A stretch of DNA of 64,000 nt from Desulfomicrobium sp. (GTDB lineage: Bacteria > Desulfobacterota > Desulfovibrionia > Desulfovibrionales > Desulfomicrobiaceae), in assembly GCA_040768745.1 (NCBI GenBank), contig JAXGMI010000002.1, positions 128,001-192,000 of the forward strand, in the 5' to 3' direction. The notes under the pieces were generated by a model, which searched no databases, had not been told where the DNA came from, and saw nothing but the letters and a program-made list of their open reading frames with translations. Of the stretch, positions 11,450-20,775 are shown piece by piece. Positions within the stretch are counted from its first letter, which is position 1. Each line of letters starts with the position of its first letter. Made by a program: the position numbers and the translations under genes.

Positions 11450-12894
11450 TGCGCTGCCGGATCAGCCACAAGCTCTTTCTCTCGGAAATGCCAGAGGCCG
11501 TGAAAGAAAAGGTCATGGCCGAGCTGACCCTGGAGAACCCCAAGTGGCTCGAGAACCTGAAGATGGGGCGCACCAATTTCCGGGTCGCCCGTCACCTGAA
11601 ATACTACTCCACGCGCACATGCGGGGGGCTCATCGTGCCGCGCGGCTATGGCGAACGCCTGGCCCGTATCTGCGAAGACCTGGACGAAAAGGTGGAGTAC
11701 GAGGACCAGCGCCGCAGTCTGCCCGAGGTGGACTTCTCCTTCACCGGCGAGCTGCGCCCCTACCAGAGCGCGGCCTGCCAGGCCATGCTCCGCCGCCGCT
11801 TCGGCACCCTCTGCGCTCCCACCGGAGCGGGCAAGACCGTGTGCGGCCTGTACCTCGTCGCCGCCCGCCGCCAGCCGGCCTTGGTGGTCGTGCACACCCG
11901 GGACCTGGCCATGCAGTGGGTGGAGCGCATCGAGCAGTTTTTGGGCATCCCGGCCCGCGAGGTCGGCATGATCGGCAGCGGACAGAGTCGCCTGGGCGAG
12001 CGGGTCACAGTGGCCACGGTCCAATCGGTCTACGCCCGGGCCAAGGAACTGAAGAAACGTATCGGGCATCTCGTGGTTGACGAATGCCACCGAGCTCCGA
12101 GCCGGACCTTCACGGCCGCCGTGACGGCCTTTGACAGTGTCTACTCCCTTGGCCTCTCGGCCACGCCCTACCGCCGCGACGGGCTGACCCAGCTCATCTT
12201 CTGGCACCTGGGCGGGATGCACGCCCGCATCGACGCCGAGGACCTCATGGGCAGCGGGGCCATCCTGCGCCCGGAGATATGCATCCGCCACACGGACTTC
12301 CACACCCGCCGCGACTCCACCGAGGAATACGCCCAGATCATCGCCGATCTGACCGCGGACAGGGCGCGCAACGAGCTCATCGTCGACGAGGTCGGCCGCG
12401 AGGTGCACGGCGGCAGCGGCGTCGCCCTGGTCCTGTCCGACCGTAAGGGGCATTGCCGCGAGCTGCGGGCGCTGCTGTCCGAACGCCACGGCATCTCAGG
12501 CACGGTCTTGACGGGCGACACCCCCCTGCCCGAACGCAAGGACTTGGTCGCGCGCATCCAGGAAGGCCGCGAACAGGTCGTCTTCGCCACGGGGCAGCTC
12601 ATCGGCGAGGGCTTCGACGCCAGCAACCTGACCTCCCTCTTTCTGGCCACCCCGGTCAAGTTCAGCGGTCGCCTCATCCAGTATCTGGGCCGTGTCCTGC
12701 GACCGTGTGCAGGAAAAGTTCAACCGAAGGTTTATGATTTTGTGGACAATCGCGTGGGAGTCCTGGAGTCAGCGGGCAGGGCGAGAGGACTGGTCTACGC
12801 GGAGCTTGGAACGCAGAATGAGAAAGGTTGCGGATCTCAGGCAGAACACCGGATGGATACCGAACAGGACCGGCAAGAGACCGGTGACTGGTAA
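11449..12894 (+). CDS. SF2 DEAD/DEAH-box helicase (XPB/RadD/ResIII-like)
   Basis: LRPYQ, APTGAGKT, VDECH, GLSATPYRRDG, EGFD, IQYLGRVLR. Confidence 0.9.
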   Translation: MRCRISHKLFLSEMPEAVKEKVMAELTLENPKWLENLKMGRTNFRVARHLKYYSTRTCGGLIVPRGYGERLARICEDLDEKVEYEDQRRSLPEVDFSFTGELRPYQSAACQAMLRRRFGTLCAPTGAGKTVCGLYLVAARRQPALVVVHTRDLAMQWVERIEQFLGIPAREVGMIGSGQSRLGERVTVATVQSVYARAKELKKRIGHLVVDECHRAPSRTFTAAVTAFDSVYSLGLSATPYRRDGLTQLIFWHLGGMHARIDAEDLMGSGAILRPEICIRHTDFHTRRDSTEEYAQIIADLTADRARNELIVDEVGREVHGGSGVALVLSDRKGHCRELRALLSERHGISGTVLTGDTPLPERKDLVARIQEGREQVVFATGQLIGEGFDASNLTSLFLATPVKFSGRLIQYLGRVLRPCAGKVQPKVYDFVDNRVGVLESAGRARGLVYAELGTQNEKGCGSQAEHRMDTEQDRQETGDW

Positions 12895-12997
12895 GACCAG
12901 CGGTGTTGCCCGGTGGTCTGCATTTCCGGCATCCCTTCACCCGTGGTGCGTTTGCAGCCTTGAACCTGAACCCTAAAACGGCATGTGGTTTTACGGT

Positions 12998-13495
12998 ATG
13001 ACGTCATATACAACGCAAAAGCAGATCATCGGTCTTGTTGCCTGGCTCGCTGTCACTTTCGTTGCGGCAGGCATTGGTGGCGCCGCATCCATTGAGGCCG
13101 GTTCGTTCTATGCTCAACTGGTGCGGCCTGGCTGGGCACCCCCAGCAACGGTTTTTGGGCCGGTTTGGACCATTCTGTATTGCCTGATGGGTATCGCCGT
13201 GTGGCTGGTCTGGCGGGCAGACGGATTTCGTGTAGCCACACCCGCCCTGGCTTTGTTTCTCGTGCAACTCACACTCAATGCGCTGTGGACCTGGTTGTTT
13301 TTTGCGTGGAACTGCGGCGCATTGGCCTTCGCTGAGATCCTTCTCCTGTGGACGTTGGTCCTCGCAACCCTGGTCTCTTTCTGGCGGATCAGGCCATTGG
13401 CCGGCGCGTTGCTTGTTCCGTATCTGCTGTGGGTCAGTTTCGCTGCCACACTCAACTACGCTGTGTGGCAACTCAATCCGCAAGTTCTGGGGTAA
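12998..13495 (+). CDS. tspO: TspO/MBR family protein
   Basis: YAQLVRPGWAPPATVFGPVWTILY, QLTLNALWTWLFF, PYLLWVSFAATLN. Alternative start at 12983. Confidence 0.9.
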   Translation: MTSYTTQKQIIGLVAWLAVTFVAAGIGGAASIEAGSFYAQLVRPGWAPPATVFGPVWTILYCLMGIAVWLVWRADGFRVATPALALFLVQLTLNALWTWLFFAWNCGALAFAEILLLWTLVLATLVSFWRIRPLAGALLVPYLLWVSFAATLNYAVWQLNPQVLG

Positions 13496-13563
13496 TGCGT
13501 AAGCGCTCAGGCATCCGCATCTTCCTGGGACGTGCCTGTGATGTGTGATATGAGCAGAAGTCT

Positions 13564-15117
13564 TTACTTTTTGCGAGGCTTGGGCTTGGGAAGGCTTGGG
13601 AGAAGGGATTTGTCCACGTGCTGCGGCATGAGCGCCCGCATGTCTTCCGTGGTCCGTGCTGCGGGGAAGCGTTCGAAGAGGAATTTCAGGTAGGCTTGGG
13701 GCTCGATCTCGTTGGCCTTGGCGGTTTCCACCAGGGAAAAGAGCATGGCGCTGGCGTCAGCGCCCTTGGGGACTCCGGCAAAGAGCCAGTTCTTCCGGCC
13801 CAGGGCCACGGGGCGGATGGCGTTCTCGGCCGTGTTGTTGTCGGGCGTGAGCAATCCGCAGTCCACGTAGCGCACGGCCCGGCTCCACTGGTTTCGGGCG
13901 TAGGTCATGGCCTGTCCGAGCAGGCTTTTGGGCGGGACGTGGTCGATGCGCTCGTCGAGGATGGCCCGTATTGCGTTGAGGATGGGAACTGCTTGCTCCA
14001 AGCGCATTGGTACCTTTTCCTCCGGCTCCAGTTCTTTGATATTGTGCTCGACCTTGTAGAGCAGACCGATGAGATCCAGGATTTCCTTGGCCGTCCCGTG
14101 CGTGATCTTCTTTGAGGTCGCTTTCTGGACGTCCATGAACTTACGACGGATGTGGGCCATGCAACCGACATGGATGATGCCGTCCGATTCGCCGAGAGCC
14201 TGGTACCCGGAGTAGCCGTCGGTCTGGATGTAGCCCTTGTACTCGCCCAGATACTCCTTGGGGACAGAGCCCGACCTGGTCGGGTCGTAGCAATAGACCA
14301 CGGTCGGCCGATCTGGATTGCCGCCACGGAAGAGCCACAGATACGATGTGGAAGTATCGGATCGCCCTGGTTCGTTGAGTACTTGCAGTGTGGTTTCGTC
14401 CATGTTGATGACCGGGCCGGAGCGGATTTCCGCCTGGAACAGTTCATGGAGCGGCTCCAGCGCCTTGGCCACGGCCATGGCCCATCCGGACATGGAATGA
14501 CGCGGGATGTCCACGCCCAAGCGGGCAAACTGCTTGGTCTGGCGGTAGAACGGCATGGCATCGACGAACTTGGCGGTAATGACCTGGGCCAAGAGGCTCG
14601 GCGTGGCGATGCCCTTGGGGATGATCTGCGGCGGCATGGGTGCGATACGCACCACCGGCATACCCTCCTCTCCGTCGCAGGCCGGACAGGCGTACTTCGG
14701 GCGGATATGGCGTTCTACCCGCATGACGGCCGGGACGTAATCGAGCTTTTCGGAGACTTCTTCGCCGATGCGCTTCAGGCAGGCTCCGCAAGAGCAGAGT
14801 TTCTGGTCTTCGGGCAGATCGTGAACGACTTCGATGCGCGGCAGGTGATCCGGCAGAGGCTTGCGTCCCCGCTTGGCTCTGGTGTGGGCCGGGACTTCGA
14901 CGACGGGCATTTCCGCAGGCTTCGCCTCTGCGATCCTAACCAAGGGCAGAGGTAGGATGCCTTGGTAGAGGTCTTTGGATTTCTCGGACTTGGGAGCATA
15001 CAGGGCGGCCTGCAACAGGGCCACGCGATCCTGGAGATGGCGGTTTTGCTGGTAGTAATCCCAGACCAGATGCTTGAGTTGCCCGATGTCATCGGGAAGG
15101 TTCTCGATGTCTCCCAT
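13564..15117 (-). CDS. tnpC: IS66 transposase TnpC
   Basis: RKPLPDHLPR, CSCG...CPAC zinc finger, DET, QTDGY, CMAHIRRKF, DNNTAENAIRP...GRKNWLF. Confidence 0.93.
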   Translation of the reverse strand: MGDIENLPDDIGQLKHLVWDYYQQNRHLQDRVALLQAALYAPKSEKSKDLYQGILPLPLVRIAEAKPAEMPVVEVPAHTRAKRGRKPLPDHLPRIEVVHDLPEDQKLCSCGACLKRIGEEVSEKLDYVPAVMRVERHIRPKYACPACDGEEGMPVVRIAPMPPQIIPKGIATPSLLAQVITAKFVDAMPFYRQTKQFARLGVDIPRHSMSGWAMAVAKALEPLHELFQAEIRSGPVINMDETTLQVLNEPGRSDTSTSYLWLFRGGNPDRPTVVYCYDPTRSGSVPKEYLGEYKGYIQTDGYSGYQALGESDGIIHVGCMAHIRRKFMDVQKATSKKITHGTAKEILDLIGLLYKVEHNIKELEPEEKVPMRLEQAVPILNAIRAILDERIDHVPPKSLLGQAMTYARNQWSRAVRYVDCGLLTPDNNTAENAIRPVALGRKNWLFAGVPKGADASAMLFSLVETAKANEIEPQAYLKFLFERFPAARTTEDMRALMPQHVDKSLLPSLPKPKPRKK

Positions 15118-15164
15118 GCAAGAATATTTAGCAATAATATCTTGAAATAGCAAGATATTTGTCA

Positions 15165-15515
15165 CTATAGAACCGATCTGTAGTACAACCGCTGATGTGC
15201 TCCTTGCGGCGTGAGCGTGAGTCCATCGAGGAGCCAGCCAAGCTGTTGCGGGGTGATATTCATGACCTCTGACGCCCGCTCGGGCCAGCAGAATCGATGC
15301 TTCTCCAGGCGCTTGTGCCAGAGGCAGAAGCCGTTGCGATCCCAGTACAGCACCTTGATGGCGTCGCGCCTGCGGTTGCAGAAGACAAAGAGGTGTCCGG
15401 AAAAGGGGTCCAGATCGAGAATGCCCTGGGCCGTCATGCTCAGTCTGTCGATGCCGGCGCGCATGTCCGTGGTACCGGGGGCGAGATAGACCTTGGCCGC
15501 GGGCACCCTCAGCAT
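15165..15515 (-). CDS. tnpB: IS66 accessory protein TnpB
   Basis: TDMRAGIDRL, LFVFCNRRRDAIKVLYWDRNGFCLWHKRLEKHRFCWP. Confidence 0.93.
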   Translation of the reverse strand: MLRVPAAKVYLAPGTTDMRAGIDRLSMTAQGILDLDPFSGHLFVFCNRRRDAIKVLYWDRNGFCLWHKRLEKHRFCWPERASEVMNITPQQLGWLLDGLTLTPQGAHQRLYYRSVL

Positions 15516-15835
15516 CGGGCTTCCAGCACGGTCAGCAGCTTGGTCAGCGTGGCTTCGTCGAAGTCAGCCGGGATATCGAGAGCGTAACGCTTACCGACCA
15601 GCAGGCCAATGGACGGGGCTTTCGAGGCGAACGTAAGCGGCAACGCCACAAGAGCAGGAATTGAGGTGGATTCGCCACCAGAAGATGATCGGGACTTTGT
15701 TATCCAGTATTGGAACGTGCTCAAAGCCAAACCATTTTCGCGACAGTATCGGGTCTTGCCGAGGCCACTCTCCCGCCATTGCCGGACATGCGCCATCCAG
15801 CGTGCCGCGTGATTCTGTGCAAATTGAGATTTCAT
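15509..15835 (-). CDS. tnpA: IS66 accessory protein TnpA
   Basis: WRESGLGKTRYCRENGLALSTFQYW HTH; AAGGAGG RBS. Confidence 0.88.
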   Translation of the reverse strand: MKSQFAQNHAARWMAHVRQWRESGLGKTRYCRENGLALSTFQYWITKSRSSSGGESTSIPALVALPLTFASKAPSIGLLVGKRYALDIPADFDEATLTKLLTVLEARC

Positions 15836-16150
15836 GAAGACCTCCTTGAATTGGAGGCCCATTATCTCACATGAAAAATTTATGGATAGATGCGGACAGG
15901 TGAGCGCTTACGGGGTAATGCAGCCGCTGTCTGAGGCCTCATCAGCGAACGCGGTATTTTCATGACAGGCTGATTTTGTTGTTGCCTGCGTTGCCATTGG
16001 TTTTGTTGCGCGCTGATCAGCGAAATGCAGGGCGGTGTTTCGGGCATTTCTGACGTGGCGGGTTTGGAGAACGGTCTGGTGCAAGCGTTGGCTGGTCCAC
16101 AATGCCGGACCTGTGCCCAGCGATGGCAGGGTGCGCCGCAGGCTTTGGAA

Positions 16151-16194
16151 ACAAAAACGCCTCCGCCCATATGCCTGGGTCGAGGCGCTTTTGT
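16151..16194. terminator. Rho-independent terminator downstream of glpX
   Basis: ACAAAAACGCCTC...GAGGCGCTTTTGT hairpin with U-tracts on both strands. Confidence 0.65.
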
Positions 16195-16210
16195 GGGATT
16201 CTGCTGGGGA

Positions 16211-17191
16211 TCAGTACTTGATGGAGGAGAAACGCAACAGTTTGTTCCATTGGTGGGTGGACGTGATGCGGCGGATGGTCCCGGTCTTCCCCCGCAGGAC
16301 CAGGGAATGGGTGGTGGCTCCAGTGCCGGTGTATTCGACGCCCCCCAGGAAGGTGCCCCCGGAGATGCCCGTGGCCGCGAAAAAGACGTTTTCATCTCGG
16401 ACCAGGGTGTCCGTACTCAGCACCTCATCCAGATCCAGGCCAAAATCGAGCACCCGTTTGCGTTCTTCGTCTGACTGCGGATCGAACTTGGCCAGGATCT
16501 CCCCACCCAAAGCCTTGATGGCGCAGGCCGCGAGAACTCCCTCCGGGGTTCCGCCAGTGCCCAGCATCATATCCACGGATGAGGAAGGGTCCACGGCCAT
16601 GAGAGCCCCGGCCACGTCGCCATCTGTGTGCAGCTGGATGCGCGCCCCGGCGACGCGGATCTGCGCGATGAGATCCTTGTGCCGGGTTTTGTCCAGCACA
16701 AAGACAACCAGATCCTCGACCTTCTTGCCCAAGGCCGTGGCTGTGGCCTTCAGATTGTGGGCCACAGGCGCATTGATATCCACCACGCCCCTTGCTGGTG
16801 CGGGAACAACCAGTTTTTTCATGTAATAGCTGGGCCCTGGGTTGAACATGGTCCCGGCCGGGGCCAGCCCAACCACGGCGATGGCGTTGGGCCGTCCGTA
16901 GGCCAGGAGATTTGTTCCCTCCACCGGATCGACGGCCACGTCCACGGCCGCTCCCCGGCCCGTGCCCACCCGTTCGCCGTTGTAGAGCATGGGGGCCTCG
17001 TCCTTTTCCCCTTCGCCAATCACGATACGTCCATCGATATCCAGGGTGTTGAAGGACAGGCGCATGGCGTCCACGGCTGCACCGTCCCCTTCGTTCTTGG
17101 CCCCCTTGCCCAGCCAGCGTGCCGAAGCCAGGGCCGCTGCTTCCGTGACCCGGACCAGATCCAAGGCCAGATTGCGTTGTGGAGCTTCCAT
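16211..17191 (-). CDS. glpX: Fructose-1,6-bisphosphatase class II
   Basis: RVTEAAA, VIGEGEKDEAPMLY, DPVEGT, GGTPEGV. Confidence 0.95.
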   Translation of the reverse strand: MEAPQRNLALDLVRVTEAAALASARWLGKGAKNEGDGAAVDAMRLSFNTLDIDGRIVIGEGEKDEAPMLYNGERVGTGRGAAVDVAVDPVEGTNLLAYGRPNAIAVVGLAPAGTMFNPGPSYYMKKLVVPAPARGVVDINAPVAHNLKATATALGKKVEDLVVFVLDKTRHKDLIAQIRVAGARIQLHTDGDVAGALMAVDPSSSVDMMLGTGGTPEGVLAACAIKALGGEILAKFDPQSDEERKRVLDFGLDLDEVLSTDTLVRDENVFFAATGISGGTFLGGVEYTGTGATTHSLVLRGKTGTIRRITSTHQWNKLLRFSSIKY

Positions 17192-17192
17192 A

Positions 17193-19166
17193 CTACCCCT
17201 TGATGAAATTGATCAGGTTGGCCGAGGTGAATCCGTATTTTTCCTTGAGCACAGCGGCCGGCGCCGACGCGCCGAAATGGTCGATGCCCCAGACTTTGCC
17301 GTCCAGGCCGACGTATTTGTACCAGATGTCGCTGCGTCCGGCCTCGATGGCCACGCGCTGTACAATGGTCCGGGGCAGGACGGAATCGCGGTATTCAGCA
17401 CTTTGCTCGTCGAAGAGCTCCATGCTGGGCACGGACACGACGCGGATTTTTCTCTCCGGCATGGCCTTGGCAGCCTCCAGGGCCAAATGCACCTCAGAGC
17501 CAGAGGCCAGGAGAAGCATCTCCGGGGCTCCGTCTTCGGGGTCGCGGACCACATAAGCGCCTTTGGCTACGTGCGCCTCCAGGGGTTGCGGCAGATCAAG
17601 CACGGGCAGTCCCTGCCTGGTGAACACGAGCACCGAAGGCCTGGACTTCTGCTTCAGGGCCACGGCCATGCAGGCAGCGCTCTCCCGGGCGTCGGCCGGA
17701 CGCAGAACAAGGAGGTTCGGGATGAGACGCAGGGAGCTGACGTGTTCGATGGGCTGATGGGTCGGGCCGTCCTCGCCGACGAAGAAGGAGTCGTGGGTGA
17801 AGACGTGCAGGACCGGCAGATGCTGCAGGGCCGACATGCGGATTGCGTTGCGTTCGTAGTCCGAGAAGACGAGGAAGGTCGCGCCGAAGGGCACGATGCC
17901 GCCATGCAGGGCCAGGCCGTTCAGGATGGCGCCCATGGGAAACTCACGCACGCCGAAGCAGAGATTGCGGCCCAGGGGATTGGTCTGGGCGTTGAAGACC
18001 CCGGCTGCCTCGCGGAATTTGACGGTCTGGTTGGACGGGTCGAGGTCGGCCGAGCCGCCCATGAGGGTCGGCAGCTGCTCCATCATGGCGTTCAGGCAGG
18101 CGCCGAAGGCCTTGCGTGTGGCCACGCCGGACCCGGTCTCGAACCCGGGCCAGGTCAGGCTGCGCTCGCAGACCGGCTGCGTGGCGTTTTTCCACCTGGC
18201 TGCGAAGACAGGATCGGCCAGCCGGGCGGCCAGGGCCTGATCCCAGGACGCACGAGCCGCGCTCAAGGAGGCAAAGCGGCCCTGAAAATGGCGGATCACG
18301 TCCTCAGGCAGGTAGAATCCCTGGTCCGGCAGCCCCAGTTTGGTCTTGGTGGCCAGGATTTCCTCGGGAGGCAAGGGCGAACCGTGGGTGGCTTCGCTGC
18401 CTTCCAGGGTGGCTGCACCCTTGGCCATGGTTGTGTGCCCGATGATCAGCGTGGGTCTGCCTGTCTCGGCGTGTGCAGCTTTGATGGCTGCCCGGATCTG
18501 TTCGTGATCATGCCCGTCGATCTCCAGCACGTGCCAGTGCATGCTTTCGAAAAGTGCCCTGTGGTTGACATTGTCGACCCGACAGGTGGGACCGGCCAGC
18601 TGGATCTTGTTGCTGTCATAGTACACGATAAGCCTGCCCAGCCCCCATTGCCCAAAAAGGGCTGCACTGCCCAGACAGATGGGCTCCTGGATGTCTCCGT
18701 CCGAGGCCAGGACATAGGTGAAATGTCCGGCTGTGGCGTCATCCAGGTAAGCGGACAGGAAGCTTTCTGCTGCAGCCATGCCGCCGGCCATGGCAAAGCC
18801 CTGGCCCAGGGGGCCTGTGGTGGCCTCCACTCCATCGGTCATGTCCTGCTCAGGGTGGCCTGGGGTCTTGCTGCCGAACTGGCGGAAGGCCTTCAGGTCG
18901 TCGAAGGTCAGGATGCCGCGCATGGTCAGCAGGACATACAGCAGGGCGGATTCGTGACCTGCGGAAAGCACAAAACGGTCCCGCTTGAACCATTTGGAGT
19001 CAGCCGGATCGAAGTTCAGAAAATCTTTGAACAGGACATAGGCGAAGTCGGCCGAGGACATGGCTCCTCCGGGATGACCGGAGTTGGCGGCCCGGACAGT
19101 GTCCATGATCAGACCCTTGATGACGTGAACCGATTTTTGGTCGAGAGAGGAAGCAGTAGTGGTCAT
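17193..19166 (-). CDS. tkt: Transketolase
   Basis: SGHPGG, RDRFVLSAGH, TGPLGQG, GVREF, THDSFFVGEDGPTHQP. Confidence 0.96.
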   Translation of the reverse strand: MTTTASSLDQKSVHVIKGLIMDTVRAANSGHPGGAMSSADFAYVLFKDFLNFDPADSKWFKRDRFVLSAGHESALLYVLLTMRGILTFDDLKAFRQFGSKTPGHPEQDMTDGVEATTGPLGQGFAMAGGMAAAESFLSAYLDDATAGHFTYVLASDGDIQEPICLGSAALFGQWGLGRLIVYYDSNKIQLAGPTCRVDNVNHRALFESMHWHVLEIDGHDHEQIRAAIKAAHAETGRPTLIIGHTTMAKGAATLEGSEATHGSPLPPEEILATKTKLGLPDQGFYLPEDVIRHFQGRFASLSAARASWDQALAARLADPVFAARWKNATQPVCERSLTWPGFETGSGVATRKAFGACLNAMMEQLPTLMGGSADLDPSNQTVKFREAAGVFNAQTNPLGRNLCFGVREFPMGAILNGLALHGGIVPFGATFLVFSDYERNAIRMSALQHLPVLHVFTHDSFFVGEDGPTHQPIEHVSSLRLIPNLLVLRPADARESAACMAVALKQKSRPSVLVFTRQGLPVLDLPQPLEAHVAKGAYVVRDPEDGAPEMLLLASGSEVHLALEAAKAMPERKIRVVSVPSMELFDEQSAEYRDSVLPRTIVQRVAIEAGRSDIWYKYVGLDGKVWGIDHFGASAPAAVLKEKYGFTSANLINFIKG

Positions 19167-19199
19167 GGTGATTCTCGCAGTATGACAGAATTGAAGGCG

Positions 19200-19649
19200 C
19201 TAGGGTTGATGTGTGACGGGGAGCAGCGAGTCCATGAGGTCCACCCGGCGCTGATGGCGGCCTTCCTGGAACTCAGCGGTCAGGAAGGCGTCCAGGATGG
19301 CCTTGGCCAAATCCACACCGATGATGCGCTCGCCCAGGCACAGTACGTTGGCGTTGTTGTGCATGCGGCTCATGCGGGCCATATATTCATTGGTGCACAG
19401 GGCGGCGCGGATGCCTGCAAAACGGTTGGCTGCCATGGACATCCCAATTCCTGAGCCGCAGATGAGGACGCCTCTGCTGTTGCGGGACAGCACTTCGGCG
19501 ACGAGTTTCTCAGCGATGCGGGGATAGTCGCAGCTTTCTTGGGAATGGGTGCCTGCGTCCACGACTTCGAATTGTCCGGACACATGGTCCATGAGGATGC
19601 GTTTGAGGCCCAATCCGGCATGGTCGGCACCGAAGATGATGACTCCCAT
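19200..19649 (-). CDS. rpiB: Ribose-5-phosphate isomerase B
   Basis: ADHAG, ICGSGIGMSMAAN, HNNANVL, GRHQRRV. Confidence 0.95.
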   Translation of the reverse strand: MGVIIFGADHAGLGLKRILMDHVSGQFEVVDAGTHSQESCDYPRIAEKLVAEVLSRNSRGVLICGSGIGMSMAANRFAGIRAALCTNEYMARMSRMHNNANVLCLGERIIGVDLAKAILDAFLTAEFQEGRHQRRVDLMDSLLPVTHQP

Positions 19650-19653
19650 GGTT

Positions 19654-19980
19654 TCACGCCTCGCTGTCGCCCGAGCGATTGTGGACATATTCCGCCCTGG
19701 TGGCGGCGAGTTCCTTTTCCAGATGATCGATTTCTTGCTGCAGGAAGCTGATCTGTTTCAGGATAAGATCGTTGTCGCTTGTCGTGGGATCAAAGAGTTC
19801 GGCCCTGCTTTGTGCATCGGCGAACGCCTTGCCCAGGGTCTGGAGTTCCTCGCCCAGGCGTTTGCGCAGCTGTCGGATCTCCCAGGAACGGAGGCATTTG
19901 ATGACAACCCATTTGGCCTCGCTGGCCATCAGCTTGAATCCGTTGAGAACTGGCTTCAGTGCATTTTGCAGCATGTTCAT
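19654..19980 (-). CDS. Hypothetical coiled-coil protein
   Basis: Operon-embedded ORF with GGGGA RBS and a coiled coil (QISFLQQEIDHLEKEL). Confidence 0.7.
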   Translation of the reverse strand: MNMLQNALKPVLNGFKLMASEAKWVVIKCLRSWEIRQLRKRLGEELQTLGKAFADAQSRAELFDPTTSDNDLILKQISFLQQEIDHLEKELAATRAEYVHNRSGDSEA

Positions 19981-19995
19981 CCCCTGGTTTTGTGG

Positions 19996-20775
19996 TCAGT
20001 TGTAGTGAGGACCTGAGATAATGCGCATCCATTGGACGTCGTGGGGCAGATTCAGATCCAGATCCGAGAATTGCCATTCCCCCCCTGGCTCCAGCGATTT
20101 GACCCGGAGCACGGCCTTGCCTTCCTCAGGGGAGGAAAAGGTGAATTTTTCAAACAGTCTGTGCCCGGCAAAGGCCTGGGACTCGTAGGGTTTTTCACAA
20201 ACGAGGGTCCACCCTTTCTGACCGTGCAGAACCAGGGATTCAAGGTCTTCGCTGGCTTCAACAGCAGAAATATCCCCTGCAGCAAAGTTGAATCGTATCC
20301 TGCCGTCCCGGGTCCCGTGCACAGATGTGTATGTCTGGCCCAGCACAGCATCGAGGTTTCCGATGATGAGATTGCTTATTTGCTTGGAGTTGAATGGCAC
20401 AGGGATCTGGAAAAGGGCCAGTCCAACCTGCGCGTTGGCATGGCGGTAGGCCTTGTTTTCCGAGGGGATATATGCTGTCCAGAGCTCCGGAGTCTCCCGG
20501 ATCATGGCCACCGACGCTCCGGTGCCGGAAGCGAGATCCAGTCGGAGGACCGAGGATGAAAATCCCCACAGCTGCCCGACCAACCTGCCTGTCCTCTCCT
20601 TGGTCTCCACCTGCAGGGAAAAGTGGGCCGTGATACGTTCATCCTTCCTTTCCTGTGGATGCAGGGCCGACCATACGTGGGCGACAGTCTCTGGGCTGTG
20701 CAGCTGTATTTTCGGGGCGCAACCGACCAGGAACAGGAATGCGGTCAGAATAACGGAGAATGCTCCATGAATCAT
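19996..20775 (-). CDS. Putative lipoprotein (LolB-like fold possible)
   Basis: Lipobox FLVGC; overlaps the TPR gene. The TPR-lolB gene order is an analogy only. Confidence 0.65.
   Translation of the reverse strand: MIHGAFSVILTAFLFLVGCAPKIQLHSPETVAHVWSALHPQERKDERITAHFSLQVETKERTGRLVGQLWGFSSSVLRLDLASGTGASVAMIRETPELWTAYIPSENKAYRHANAQVGLALFQIPVPFNSKQISNLIIGNLDAVLGQTYTSVHGTRDGRIRFNFAAGDISAVEASEDLESLVLHGQKGWTLVCEKPYESQAFAGHRLFEKFTFSSPEEGKAVLRVKSLEPGGEWQFSDLDLNLPHDVQWMRIISGPHYN

Larger units (their letters stand above)
13499..15911 (-). mobile_element. Complete IS66-family element (tnpA-tnpB-tnpC)
   Basis: Terminal IRs GTAAGCGCTCA...TCCGCATCT and AGATGCGGA...TGAGCGCTTAC. Flanking direct repeat GGGGTAATGC at 13489-13498 and 15912-15921. 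Confidence 0.95.

Noticed and set aside
15136..15159. 9-bp perfect inverted repeat between IS66 tnpB and tnpC
   Set aside because: It is short and AT-rich, and I cannot assign it a function from sequence alone.
16989..19454. Long 821-aa plus-strand ORF, and similar ones such as 60317-62737, 58226-60241 and 3155-4939
   Set aside because: These are antisense shadows of well-supported genes, typical of high-GC3 DNA, with no motifs.
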